Counted from the stretch's first letter, positions 10,298-19,843 are shown. The stretch: 64,000 bases of DNA from an uncultured Acidobacteriota bacterium (GCA_963779415.1 CAVZYA010000002.1:320001-384000), one strand, 5' to 3'. The notes: a model not told the origin generated them from the sequence alone. A program made the numbers and translations.

Positions 10298-11902
10298 CTA
10301 CTGCGGGCCGCCCGGCTCGAAGGTCGTGACGATCGGGATGCTCGTCGAGCGGGCGAAGCGCTCGTCGAACGCTTCCGCGAGGACCCGGCCGTCCATGTCG
10401 CGGGCCATCGGCTCGCCGGCGAGGACGAGAAGCGTCGGCGCGAGGTCGAGGAGCTGCGCCGAGGTGAGTCGAACTCCCGACCGGATCCCCGCGCCCGCGA
10501 GAAGGAGGAATCCGTCGGCCCCCGCGTCCGGGCTGGCGGAGGGGGGCACGGCCCGTACGAACGCACCGACGGCGTCGAGCGGCGGCGGCGGGCCGAAGGA
10601 GACGGGGGAGAAGACGCAGATCGTCCGGTCGCGTCCCTGCCGCTCCAGGAGTTCGTGGAGGAGATCGTCGAGAAACCGATAGTACGCGTCGAGCGCGCGG
10701 GACTTCGGCCCGGCGTCCGGAACGGGGAGCCCCCAGTAATGGGCATCCCCGGCGGCGCCAAAGGGACGTGAGACGAGGGTGGTCCCCGAGAGGACCAGAA
10801 CGAGCACGTTGCTCGGCCCCTGTGGCGGCGTCCCGAGAGCGGCGCCGAGGATCGTCAGGTCCTCCGCCGCGGCCCGGAGCGTCGTCCGGGCCGCGAGCTC
10901 CGTGGAGAGCCCTGCCGGCACGAGGCTCCGGACGAGGGGGCGGTCGAGGTGGGACGGGTCGACACGGAAGAGCTCCAGCCGGTCGTCCCCTTCGGAGGCA
11001 GCCGCCGCGGGCCAGCCGAGGACCGAGGTTTCGTGCCCGAGACGCGCGAGGATCTGCCAGAACGCGAGGCTCCGGCTTTCGGGGGGCGCCGGTCGCGGCC
11101 GCGTGAAGGGGAGCCCGAGCCGAAGCGAGCTTCCCGGCAGAAGCGTCCGGAGGCGAAGCGGTCCGGCAGGCGTCTCGCGCACCTCCTCCGAGACGACGCC
11201 ATGTTTGAAAGGGCGCTTTCCGGTCGCGGCCGTCGTCCAGAGGGCCGCGTGTTCGACCGCCGCGACGCTCGCAAGGGGACCGGCCGCCCCCTTCTTCAGA
11301 AGCTCGGCGAGAGTCGGGAGGGATCCCTCCGACGCCCCCGCCGTCACGCGTTCCCACGAAACCCCTTCCAGCCCGACGATGAGAAGGCTCCGCCGGGCGG
11401 CTGCCGGGAGAGACGGCAGCGTCGCGAGCGCCGCGGGGGGGGCGGCACGCCCCGAAAGGAGCGGCATCGCGAGAAAGAGGACGAAGAAGAGCGCCGGGAG
11501 CGGAGCCGCGTGTCTCGCGTGACCCGGCCTCAGGAAGGCCGAGACGAGCGCCACGAGAGCCCAGAGCCCCGCCACCACCGCGGAAGCGCCGAGGACGCGC
11601 CGCGCGCCCCCGGCGACGAAGGTATAGAAGATCAGACGCTGCGCCTCGGCGAACGCCGCGAAAAGAGCGGCCGCAAGGGCGAAAAGGAAAGCGCCCCCCC
11701 GGACTCCGCCTCGCGAGCGCGCCGGAAGAAAGAGAAAAGGCGTCGCGACGAGGACGCCCCCCGCTGCCGAGAGTAAGCCGAGGGTAAGGGCCCGCGATGG
11801 AGTGAGGAGCCCGGGGTTGAGGCCGAGGAGAAGGTCCGCCCATGCCGCGCCCGCCGCCGCTCCGACGACGAGGGGGTGGAACCGCCGGAGGGCCTCGCTC
11901 AT
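10298..11902 (-). CDS. Membrane protein with an alkaline phosphatase/nucleotide pyrophosphatase-like domain (degenerate active site)
   Basis: About 5 N-terminal TM helices; IVGLEG, WTTAATGKRP.KHG and LLDLAPTLL...DMDGRVL motifs. Start moved to ATG 11902. Confidence 0.7.
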   Translation of the reverse strand: MSEALRRFHPLVVGAAAGAAWADLLLGLNPGLLTPSRALTLGLLSAAGGVLVATPFLFLPARSRGGVRGGAFLFALAAALFAAFAEAQRLIFYTFVAGGARRVLGASAVVAGLWALVALVSAFLRPGHARHAAPLPALFFVLFLAMPLLSGRAAPPAALATLPSLPAAARRSLLIVGLEGVSWERVTAGASEGSLPTLAELLKKGAAGPLASVAAVEHAALWTTAATGKRPFKHGVVSEEVRETPAGPLRLRTLLPGSSLRLGLPFTRPRPAPPESRSLAFWQILARLGHETSVLGWPAAAASEGDDRLELFRVDPSHLDRPLVRSLVPAGLSTELAARTTLRAAAEDLTILGAALGTPPQGPSNVLVLVLSGTTLVSRPFGAAGDAHYWGLPVPDAGPKSRALDAYYRFLDDLLHELLERQGRDRTICVFSPVSFGPPPPLDAVGAFVRAVPPSASPDAGADGFLLLAGAGIRSGVRLTSAQLLDLAPTLLVLAGEPMARDMDGRVLAEAFDERFARSTSIPIVTTFEPGGPQ

Positions 11903-11935
11903 AATCCGCGCCCGGCGAGTCTCGCCCCCCTCACG

Positions 11936-12742
11936 ATGCCCGTCAACGAAGCTCTGCGCGTCCTCAGGACCGTCCATTACGACGCGACGCACTACTCCCT
12001 CTTTCTCCAGGCGGGAACCATCGGGCCGGAGACGAAGCCGGGGCAGTTTGCGATGCTTCAGGCGGGGGAGGGCCTCCGACCCTATCTCCGGCGCGCCTTC
12101 TCGATCGCCGACGTCACGAAGCTCGCCGGCGTTCCCGCGATGGAGTTCGTCATCAAGGTGGTGGGGATCGGGACGGGGCTCCTGGGGCGCTTCGCCGAAG
12201 GGACTCCGATCCCGGTCCTCGGCCCGCTCGGCGTTCCGTTTCCCACGGAGGACCTCACGTCCGCGGACCGGGTCGCCCTCGTGGCCGGCGGGATCGGCCT
12301 GGCGCCGCTTCTCCTCCTCTCGCGCGAGCTCTCGGCGCGGGGCGTCTCGGCGGACCTCTTCTACGGCGGACGGAACGAGACGGACGTCCTCAAGCGCGCC
12401 GACTTCGCACGCTTCCTCGGACCGCACCGCTGCCGGTACGCGACGGACGACGGCTCGCTCGGCCGGAAGGGGCCGGTCACCGACCTCGTCTTTCACGCCC
12501 TGGAAGGAGGAGTCCGCTGGAAGCGTCTTTTCGCATGCGGCCCTCTCCCGATGTTCCGGACTCTCGCGGCAATCGTCGAGGAAGCGAAGCTGGACGCCTC
12601 CTTCGCCCTCGAATCGGAGATGGCGTGCGGCTTCGGCGTCTGCCTCGGCTGCGTGGCGCCGACGGTGGACGGCCGATTCGCGACCGTCTGCACCGAAGGC
12701 CCCTGCGTCCCTCCGTCGGCCGTCGACTGGAGCCGGGTGTAA
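11936..12742 (+). CDS. pyrK: Dihydroorotate dehydrogenase electron transfer subunit
   Basis: LRRAFSI, AGGIGLAP, ACGP and MACGFGVCLGC...VCTEGP 2Fe-2S motif; directly upstream of pyrD. Confidence 0.9.
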   Translation: MPVNEALRVLRTVHYDATHYSLFLQAGTIGPETKPGQFAMLQAGEGLRPYLRRAFSIADVTKLAGVPAMEFVIKVVGIGTGLLGRFAEGTPIPVLGPLGVPFPTEDLTSADRVALVAGGIGLAPLLLLSRELSARGVSADLFYGGRNETDVLKRADFARFLGPHRCRYATDDGSLGRKGPVTDLVFHALEGGVRWKRLFACGPLPMFRTLAAIVEEAKLDASFALESEMACGFGVCLGCVAPTVDGRFATVCTEGPCVPPSAVDWSRV

Positions 12743-12747
12743 CGCTC

Positions 12748-13692
12748 ATGGCCGTCGACCTCTCCGTCCGTCTCGGCCGCCTCGCCCTGAAGAACCCGAT
12801 CGCGACGGCGTCGGGGACATTCGGGTACGGGCTCGAGTTCGCCGGGTTCGTCCCGCTCGCGAAGCTCGGCGCGATCTCGGTCAAGGGACTCTCGCTCCGT
12901 CCCTGCTTCGGGAATCCCCCGCCCCGCATCTGCGAGACCGACGCCGGGATGCTGAACGCCATCGGCCTCCAGAACGTCGGAGTCGAGGCGTTCCTCGGCG
13001 AGAAGCTCCCGGAGCTCCAGCGGCTCGGGGCGACGGTCATCGCGAACGTCTGGGGGGACACCGAGGACGATTACGTCGCCGTCGTCGAGCGGATCGGCGC
13101 CGACCGGCGCGTGGCCGCCATCGAGCTGAACGTCTCCTGCCCGAACGTCGTCAAGGGAGGGCTCATCTTCGGAAACAACCCGCAGGCTCTCGGTCTCCTC
13201 GTGGCGCGCGTCCGGGCGGCGACGAAGCTTCCGCTCGTCGTGAAGCTCTCTCCGAACGTCACGGACATCACGGCGACCGCGAAGGCCGCCGTCGATAGCG
13301 GGGCCGAAATCCTCTCCCTCATCAACACGCTCGTCGGCCTCTCGATCGACATCGAGACGCGCCGGCCGAAGATCGGCTTCACGACGGGGGGCCTCTCCGG
13401 CCCGGCCATCCGCCCCATCGCCGTCCGCATGGTCTGGGAGGTGCGAAAGGCGTTGCCGAAGGTGCCGATCTTCGGTGTCGGCGGGATCGAGAGCGTCGAG
13501 CACGTCATCGAGTTCCTGATCGCCGGGGCGGACGCCGTCCAGGTCGGAACGGCCAACTTCCGCGACCCGACGCTCTCGGCGCGGCTCGTGGAAGACCTCG
13601 CCCGGTGGTGCGCCGCGCACGGCATCCGACGCGTGTCGGACCTGACGGGAACGCTCAGGACCCGCCCGCAGCCCGAGCACAAGTTCGCATGA
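12748..13692 (+). CDS. pyrD: Dihydroorotate dehydrogenase, family 1B catalytic subunit
   Basis: ASGTFGYG, NAIGLQN, ELNVSCPN, KLSPN, GGLSGPAI. Confidence 0.95.
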   Translation: MAVDLSVRLGRLALKNPIATASGTFGYGLEFAGFVPLAKLGAISVKGLSLRPCFGNPPPRICETDAGMLNAIGLQNVGVEAFLGEKLPELQRLGATVIANVWGDTEDDYVAVVERIGADRRVAAIELNVSCPNVVKGGLIFGNNPQALGLLVARVRAATKLPLVVKLSPNVTDITATAKAAVDSGAEILSLINTLVGLSIDIETRRPKIGFTTGGLSGPAIRPIAVRMVWEVRKALPKVPIFGVGGIESVEHVIEFLIAGADAVQVGTANFRDPTLSARLVEDLARWCAAHGIRRVSDLTGTLRTRPQPEHKFA

Positions 13693-14423
13693 GCGACATC
13701 CCCCGCTCCCGCCTCGCCGTCGCCCTCGACCTCCCCACGCGCGACGCGCTCCTCGCCGCCGCCCGGACCCTCGCGACCGAGGTGGGCGTTCTGAAGCTCG
13801 GCCTCGAGGCGTTCGTCTCCGAGGGACCGGGGCTCGTTCGCGACGTCACGGCGGCCGGAGCCCGCGTCTTTCTCGACCTGAAGCTCCACGACATTCCGAA
13901 CACCGTCGGGCGCGCCGCTGCCGCGGCCGTCCGGACGGGGGCGTCGATCCTGAACTGTCATGCGGCGGGCGGCCCCGAGATGATGAAGGTCTTCGGTGCC
14001 GAGAGCCGCGAGGCCGCTTCGAAGGCCGGCCTCTCCCTCCCCTCCCTCATCGCGGTCACGGTCCTGACCTCGCTCGATCCGGAGACCCTCTCGAGGATCG
14101 GATTCTCCGGAACGCCGCGCGAAGCCGCGGTCCGGCTCGCGATTCTCGCGAAGGAGTCGGGCCTCGACGGGGTCGTCTGCTCGCCGGAAGAGGCCGCGGC
14201 GATCCGCGCGGCCTGCGGGAAGGATTTTCTCCTCGTCGTCCCCGGCGTCCGCCCCGCCGGCACCGAGACGGGCGACCAGAAGCGCGTGTCGACGCCCGGT
14301 GACGCCATCCGCGCCGGCGCCGACCTCCTCGTCGTGGGCCGCCCCATTCTCGCCGCCACGGACCCCGTCGCCGCGGCGCGGGCCATCGTGGCCGAGATCG
14401 CCGCGGCAATAGCCGACGTCTAG
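13689..14423 (+). CDS. pyrF: Orotidine-5'-phosphate decarboxylase
   Basis: FLDLKLHDIPNTV, VTVLTS, PGVRP, DQKR, VGRPI; ATGA overlap with pyrD. Confidence 0.95.
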   Translation: MSDIPRSRLAVALDLPTRDALLAAARTLATEVGVLKLGLEAFVSEGPGLVRDVTAAGARVFLDLKLHDIPNTVGRAAAAAVRTGASILNCHAAGGPEMMKVFGAESREAASKAGLSLPSLIAVTVLTSLDPETLSRIGFSGTPREAAVRLAILAKESGLDGVVCSPEEAAAIRAACGKDFLLVVPGVRPAGTETGDQKRVSTPGDAIRAGADLLVVGRPILAATDPVAAARAIVAEIAAAIADV

Positions 14424-14524
14424 GAGCTGGAAACCTTTCCCCGACGCGCAGGGGCGACTCCCTGCAGGAGCAGACAGCGGAGGTAAGGCCTGGCTCCGCC
14501 CGGCGCAATCCGGCGTGAAGAGCG

Positions 14525-16108
14525 TCACCTCTCGAAAGGAGGCGGGGCTGATCCCGTCGCCGCCGCCTTGTCCGGCAGACCCGAATCCTTCGAGAAGCCG
14601 GCAAAGGAACGACGGAAGGCGCCGTCGCCGGACCAGACGGGAGTCGCCTTGTAGCGCCAGTGGGCCGCGTCGCCACCGTCCGCCTGTTCGTGCATCGCGA
14701 GGGTCCGGATCTGGCTCTCGAAGACGAGGCCGTCCGAGGACCTGACGCAGGTATGGAGGCTCCGGTACCCGTTCTCCTTGGGCTGGGCGATGTAGTCCTT
14801 GAACCGCAGGAGCAACGGCTCGAACCGCTCGTGGATCGCCTTCAGGGCGCGGTAGCAGTCCTTCTCGTCCATGACGATGATCCGGAACGCGACGATGTCG
14901 TGAACCTGGTCGATGGCGAGGCCCTTCGACAGCGTCTTTTTCCAGATTCCCGCCGGGTGCTTGACCCGGTATTGCAGGGCCTTGTGCCGCACGCCTGCCT
15001 CGGCGAGGGCTTTGCGGATCTCCGACTCCCGTTTTCGCAGCCAGGCCTTGTTCGTCGCGGGCAACTTCGCGAGTCGTCGGTTGATTGCTTCGAATGCCTC
15101 GGGCTCGAGGATCCGGAAAGCGGCGTCCTCGAGACGCGACTTCAGCCCGCTTTCTCCCAGCCGCTCGGCCTCGAGGACGTCACGTTCCCAGGTTTCCCTC
15201 GCGGCGGCACGGGCCCCGGCGTCCTTCGGGCCCCGAGTCTCCAGGAATCGGCAGCGCGAAAGGAAGTAACGACGGAGGAGTTTCCTGTGGAAGGCGGCTT
15301 CCTCGTTCGACTCCGGCGCGGCGTGATCTTCCACGGGCACGGGGGGCCTTCCGTCCGCGGCGAGGAGCGATTCCTGCCTCAGTCCGAACAGGGCACGGCG
15401 TTCGGCCTCGACCAGCCGCCTCACCGTCTCCTCGAGCTGCGTTCCGAGGTTCCTGAACCGGTAAGCGAGCCAGCGCATCTCCCAGGCACCGCGCGGAATC
15501 TCGAGCCCGCTCCAGTAGCCCTTCTCCATCTGGTCCACGCCGTGCAACAGCCGGCGCAGGGGCCGGTCTATCAAGAGCTGGTAAGCGACGTAGAGCGAGA
15601 GAAGGATGGATGCGATGGCCGCCGCGATGCTCAGGACCCAGAACCACCAGCGCCGATTCACCAGCGACTGGAACTCGGCGCCGTCCTGCCAGACTTCGAG
15701 CGTTCCGCGGCCGCCGGGGAGGAACTCCGAGACGACCGGGACCCCGCCACGGAGCGAGCCGGGGGGTGGCTCCCGCTGCGGGCCCGTAAGGAGGGAATCC
15801 ACCGGGCGACCTTCGGCATCGAGGAGGAGCGTGTGCAGGTGTCTGTACCCGCGCCTCGTGTGCGCCTCCCCGAAGGCCTGGAGCCGCTCCCGGATGGCCT
15901 CGATGTCCGGCGAAGCCTCGATGTCCGAGGCGAGCGGCGCGGCGGCCTGTCCCATCAGCTCCTCGCGATCCTGGCGGGACCGCTCGACATCGTTCTCCTG
16001 GAAGAAGAAGGTCAACGAGCCGAGAACCAGCGTCACGATCACCGAAGTCGACAGGCCGAGCCGCCAACGGAGAGGCACGCCTCGCGGCGGGGCGTCGTTC
16101 TGGCTCAT
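14525..16108 (-). CDS. Transmembrane sensor (2 TM + HAMP) fused to a RelA/SpoT (p)ppGpp synthetase domain
   Basis: TM1 LGLSTSVIVTLVLGSLTFFF; TM2 WWFWVLSIAAAIASILLSLYVAY; HAMP RPLRRL...EMRWLAYRF; synthetase motifs ERLG...LKSRLEDAAFR, RVKH, HDIVAFRII, RFKDYIAQPKENGYRSLHT, ESQIRT, AAHWRYK. Confidence 0.85.
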   Translation of the reverse strand: MSQNDAPPRGVPLRWRLGLSTSVIVTLVLGSLTFFFQENDVERSRQDREELMGQAAAPLASDIEASPDIEAIRERLQAFGEAHTRRGYRHLHTLLLDAEGRPVDSLLTGPQREPPPGSLRGGVPVVSEFLPGGRGTLEVWQDGAEFQSLVNRRWWFWVLSIAAAIASILLSLYVAYQLLIDRPLRRLLHGVDQMEKGYWSGLEIPRGAWEMRWLAYRFRNLGTQLEETVRRLVEAERRALFGLRQESLLAADGRPPVPVEDHAAPESNEEAAFHRKLLRRYFLSRCRFLETRGPKDAGARAAARETWERDVLEAERLGESGLKSRLEDAAFRILEPEAFEAINRRLAKLPATNKAWLRKRESEIRKALAEAGVRHKALQYRVKHPAGIWKKTLSKGLAIDQVHDIVAFRIIVMDEKDCYRALKAIHERFEPLLLRFKDYIAQPKENGYRSLHTCVRSSDGLVFESQIRTLAMHEQADGGDAAHWRYKATPVWSGDGAFRRSFAGFSKDSGLPDKAAATGSAPPPFER

Positions 16109-16151
16109 CGACGGAAACCCTCATTCATCGATCGTGCCATCCCAGAGCGCG

Positions 16152-16547
16152 CTACTCGACCTTGATCCTCTCGTAGTGCTTCGGAGCGGCTTCGCCCTTC
16201 CCCGCGGCCCGTTCCGCGAGAACGATCTCCTCGTCGAGGAAGTCGCGAAGGGCCTTGAGAATCTCCACGCCCGAGAAAGCCGCGCGCCCGAGCGCGGCGC
16301 GGCCGGCGAGGGAGAAGGTGAATCGCCCGATGAGGTCCGCGGCCGGTTTCAGGAGGCAGTTGTCTCCGCCGCAGGCGAGCCCCGGGATCGGCCCCGCCGC
16401 GGAGGGGGAAGAAGCCTCCGGCTTCGGTGCGTGCGGCTCGGCTTTTTCTCCGGGGCCGAAGTCACGCTCGATCGGGTCGACGTCGGCACTTCGCCGGCGT
16501 GTCCGGCCTGGAGACTTCCTCTTTCGCCCCGCTTTCGCGTCGCTCAT
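16152..16547 (-). CDS. Small hypothetical protein coupled to the ArsA/Get3-like ATPase
   Basis: ATG overlaps the ATPase stop (ATGA); SD-like GGAGGAA upstream; ends ...YERIKVE. Confidence 0.6.
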   Translation of the reverse strand: MSDAKAGRKRKSPGRTRRRSADVDPIERDFGPGEKAEPHAPKPEASSPSAAGPIPGLACGGDNCLLKPAADLIGRFTFSLAGRAALGRAAFSGVEILKALRDFLDEEIVLAERAAGKGEAAPKHYERIKVE

Positions 16548-17782
16548 CTTTTCCTCCCCGGCTCGGCCACGTGTGCCGCCGGCGCTCCCGCTTCGGACTT
16601 CCCCTTCGCGAACCGGACGACGAGCTTCCCGTCCTCCACCTTCGCGGCCGAAGGGGCGAGCCCGCCGAGCGTCCGCGGGATCGGGATGTGGTGCCGGACG
16701 TTCCCGATCCGGACGATCAGGTCTCCCGAGGCGACCGCCAGTTCCACCTCGTCCTTCTCGACGAACGGCAGCTCCAGCGTCAGGACGTAGACGCCGCCGC
16801 TCTTGGCGAACCGGTAGGGAGGCGTGACGCGGTACGAGGCCGCCGGATTCCGGTCGCCGTAGAGGTCGCTCCCGAGCCGGGCGAGCGCCTCGCGCCCCAC
16901 GACCTGGTCGTCGCGAAGCGGCAACGTCCAGATCGGGACCGGGTCGAAGTAGCGCCGCGCCTCCTCGAGGAACTGCGCCTGCGTCCTTCTCCACTTGTCG
17001 AAGAAAGGGTCCGCCACGTCGTCGGGGAGGAGGCGGTTCACGAGGACGGCGTCGACCGTGAAACCGTAGAGGCCGAAGTACATGAACGCGCGCTGGGTCT
17101 CCCGGATGACGATCTTCTCGGCGTTCGTGACGAGCCGGACTGTCGTCGTCTTCGGGTCCTTCAGGAGGGCGTCGACGCCGTCCAGCTTCTCGGCGAGCGA
17201 CGCGACGTTGTCGAAGTACCGCTCGGGGGGGAGCGGGACGTTGGCGACCTTTTTCGCCATCGGGCGCGCCACCTTCAGGATCGTCCGCTGGATCCGGAAG
17301 AGCTTCTTCATGTACCAGTCGAGCGTCGGCGGCAGGGAGACGAAGCGGAGCGACTCGCCCGTCGGCGCGCAGTCGAGGATCAAAACGTCGTACGCCTTCT
17401 CGCGCGCGTAGCGGTTGACGTAGAGGAGGGCGGAGACCTCTTCCATGCCGGGGAAGATGGCGAGCTCCTCGGCGAGGACCTCCTCGACGCCGGTGACGGC
17501 GAGGAGGGCCGCGATGTACCCGGCGATGTCCTTCCAGTGCCGGCCGATCTCCTCGGTCACGTCGACTTCCTGGATCCAGAGATTCTCCGCGACGGCCACC
17601 GGCTCGCCCCGGTTGCGGTCCGTGAGGCTCACCGGGAGGTCGAAGGCATCCGCGAGGGAGTGCGCGGCGTCCACGGACATGACGAGCGTCCTTGTGCCGC
17701 GCGCGGCCAGCGTCAGCCCCGTCGCCGCGGCGACGGTCGTCTTTCCGACGCCTCCCTTTCCCGTGTAGAGGAGGATCCGCAT
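16544..17782 (-). CDS. ArsA/Get3-family ATPase with C-terminal HSP20/alpha-crystallin-like domain
   Basis: MRILLYTGKGGVGKTT deviant Walker A, SVDAAHSL, PGMEE, DCAPTG; beta-rich C-terminal extension (YVLTLELPF...LIVRIGN...LVVRF). Confidence 0.85.
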   Translation of the reverse strand: MRILLYTGKGGVGKTTVAAATGLTLAARGTRTLVMSVDAAHSLADAFDLPVSLTDRNRGEPVAVAENLWIQEVDVTEEIGRHWKDIAGYIAALLAVTGVEEVLAEELAIFPGMEEVSALLYVNRYAREKAYDVLILDCAPTGESLRFVSLPPTLDWYMKKLFRIQRTILKVARPMAKKVANVPLPPERYFDNVASLAEKLDGVDALLKDPKTTTVRLVTNAEKIVIRETQRAFMYFGLYGFTVDAVLVNRLLPDDVADPFFDKWRRTQAQFLEEARRYFDPVPIWTLPLRDDQVVGREALARLGSDLYGDRNPAASYRVTPPYRFAKSGGVYVLTLELPFVEKDEVELAVASGDLIVRIGNVRHHIPIPRTLGGLAPSAAKVEDGKLVVRFAKGKSEAGAPAAHVAEPGRKR

Positions 17783-17840
17783 CTTTCCAAGAACGGATGT
17801 TACGTCCCCGGAGTAGCTCTTCCCGTCAAGGAAAGCCTCG

Positions 17841-18836
17841 TCAGGTGGCTCCGAGCTTCTCGCCGAGGCGCCAGCAGAGGGCCGCCAGGAGAAGCCCCGC
17901 ATAGCCGTCCACCGCGTAATGCCAGCCGGTGACGAGCGAGCCGTAGAAGGTGAGCCCTGTGGCTGCGGCGAAAAAGATGAAGAGAGGCCGACTCCGTCTT
18001 CGCGCGAAGAGAGCGAGAAACGCGTGCGCCGCCACGTGGAGACTCGGCATCGCCCCGATGCCGAGGACCGGGAGGATCCGAATCGTCTCGTCCTGCGCCG
18101 CCGCGCCGAGGAGTGCGCGGTAGTGGGTCATGAGGATCTTCTGCGTCGCGGTCTGAAGGGGGAGGTTCTTCGCCGCCTGGGCGTAGTCCGCCGCGTAGAC
18201 GTAGCAGGGGCCAAGGGACGGGACGACGACGTAGATCCAGGCCCCGAGAAGCCAGAGGAGCGCGAAGCCCGCCGCGAAGCGGGCCCGCTCGGGGCGCGAC
18301 GGGGCCGTAAGGAACCACGCCATTCCCGCAACCGTGAGCGGGACGAACGCCGCGTAGTAGACGTCGATCGCCCGGAGGAAGAAGGGCCACGGGAAAAGGC
18401 CGAGCGCGAAAGGTCCCGGATTCAGTCCGAAATGGATCGCGGCGTCGAGGCGGGCCAGCGACCCGTCGAGGAGCTGCGGGTTCAGGAACGGCACGATGAC
18501 CTTGAGCCAGACATGGCCGTAGTAGACGAGGCTCGCGCCCGCCACGAGGCGGACGAGATCGAAGGCCGAGCGGGGACGGAACGTCATCGAGAGGAGCCGG
18601 CCGGCGCGCGGCGTCCCTCCGGACGCCGCGAGAGCGGCCGCTCGCACGGCCACCGCTCCCAGAACGAAGAGCGCCATCGGAATCGCGAAAAGGCGGATCC
18701 CGCGGAGCGTCCCCCACGGGAGAGAGGGGAAGCGGCCGACGGCACGGACGAGGACGAGGACCGCCGCGACGTGGAGAAGGACGAGAATCTCGTAGACGCG
18801 CGGACGGAGCCGGCGCACGAGGCCGGCCGGCGTCAT
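17841..18836 (-). CDS. PAP2/AUR1 (IPC synthase-like) membrane protein, paralog 2
   Basis: PSLGPC, AMPSLHVA and GWHYAVDG motifs; multiple TM helices. Confidence 0.8.
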   Translation of the reverse strand: MTPAGLVRRLRPRVYEILVLLHVAAVLVLVRAVGRFPSLPWGTLRGIRLFAIPMALFVLGAVAVRAAALAASGGTPRAGRLLSMTFRPRSAFDLVRLVAGASLVYYGHVWLKVIVPFLNPQLLDGSLARLDAAIHFGLNPGPFALGLFPWPFFLRAIDVYYAAFVPLTVAGMAWFLTAPSRPERARFAAGFALLWLLGAWIYVVVPSLGPCYVYAADYAQAAKNLPLQTATQKILMTHYRALLGAAAQDETIRILPVLGIGAMPSLHVAAHAFLALFARRRSRPLFIFFAAATGLTFYGSLVTGWHYAVDGYAGLLLAALCWRLGEKLGAT

Positions 18837-19843
18837 GCCCGCCGCCCGGGCGGCCGGCCCGCCCATCGCGCCGCGAGAGCGGCCATCACGAAGCCGGCAT
18901 AGCCGTCCACGGCGTAGTGCCAGCCGGTGACGAGCGAGCCGAAGAACGTCAGGGCGGCCGCCGTCGTGTAGAGAAGGAAGAGGGGCCGGCTCCGGCGTCG
19001 CGCGAAGAAAGCCACGTACGCCTGGGCCGCGACATGGAGACTGGGCATGGCCGCGACGCCGAGGACGGGGTCGATGACCATCCCTTCGGCGCCGCTCGTC
19101 CGGAGGCCCCGGACCAGGCGGTACTGCCGGAGGAGCCGTTCCTGCGTGAACGTCTGGAGCGGCATCGACCGCCGGGCCTCGACGAAGTCTCCGGGAAAGG
19201 CGTAGCACGGCCCGAGGCTCGGCACGGCGAGGTAGAGCCATGCCGAGGAGAGCCAGAGAACGGCGAGCCCGGAGGCGAACCGCGTCCGCTCCGCGATCGA
19301 GAGGCCCGTCGCGAACCAGCCGACGGCGATGAGGACCGTCGCGAGAAAGAGGCCGTAGAACGAATCGAGCGCGTGGAGGAGAGCCGGAAACGGAAGAAGC
19401 TCGAGGGCGAACCGGTTCACGTCCAGGCCGAGGTGGAGGGCGGCATCGAGGCGGGCGAGAGCGGCGTCCCGAAGCGACGCGTTCAGGAGCGGGACGGAGA
19501 CCTTGAGCCACGAGTAGCCGTACGCTGCGAGGGAGAGGACGGCGAAGAGGCGGACGAGGTCGACGAGGGGGCCGGGACGGACGAAGGCGCGAAGGAAGCG
19601 GCCGGCGCGACGGCTCCCCCGCCGCGCCGCCACCGCGCCCGTCCGGACGAGGAGCGCCGCGAAGACGAAGAGCGCGAGAAGGCCCGCGGCCGTCCGCGTG
19701 CCGGCCAGAGTTCCGAGGATCGGAAGGTCGATTCGCGCGACGCCCCGGATCAGGGCCACGACGACCACGACCTGCAGGATGACAAGGATCTCGTAGGCGC
19801 GGACGGGACGAAGGAGTCGTCTGCGGCCGCGGCCCGCCGTCAC
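18833..19843 (-). CDS. PAP2/AUR1 (IPC synthase-like) membrane protein, paralog 1
   Basis: Same motifs as the neighbour; GTG start overlapping the upstream stop (alternative start 19846). Confidence 0.8.
   Translation of the reverse strand: MTAGRGRRRLLRPVRAYEILVILQVVVVVALIRGVARIDLPILGTLAGTRTAAGLLALFVFAALLVRTGAVAARRGSRRAGRFLRAFVRPGPLVDLVRLFAVLSLAAYGYSWLKVSVPLLNASLRDAALARLDAALHLGLDVNRFALELLPFPALLHALDSFYGLFLATVLIAVGWFATGLSIAERTRFASGLAVLWLSSAWLYLAVPSLGPCYAFPGDFVEARRSMPLQTFTQERLLRQYRLVRGLRTSGAEGMVIDPVLGVAAMPSLHVAAQAYVAFFARRRSRPLFLLYTTAAALTFFGSLVTGWHYAVDGYAGFVMAALAARWAGRPPGRRA

Noticed and set aside
16124-16139. Sigma-54-like promoter TGGCACGATCGATGAA upstream of the HAMP-RSH gene
   Set aside because: Good -24 element, but the -12 reads GA rather than GC and it is very close to the start; too weak to call.
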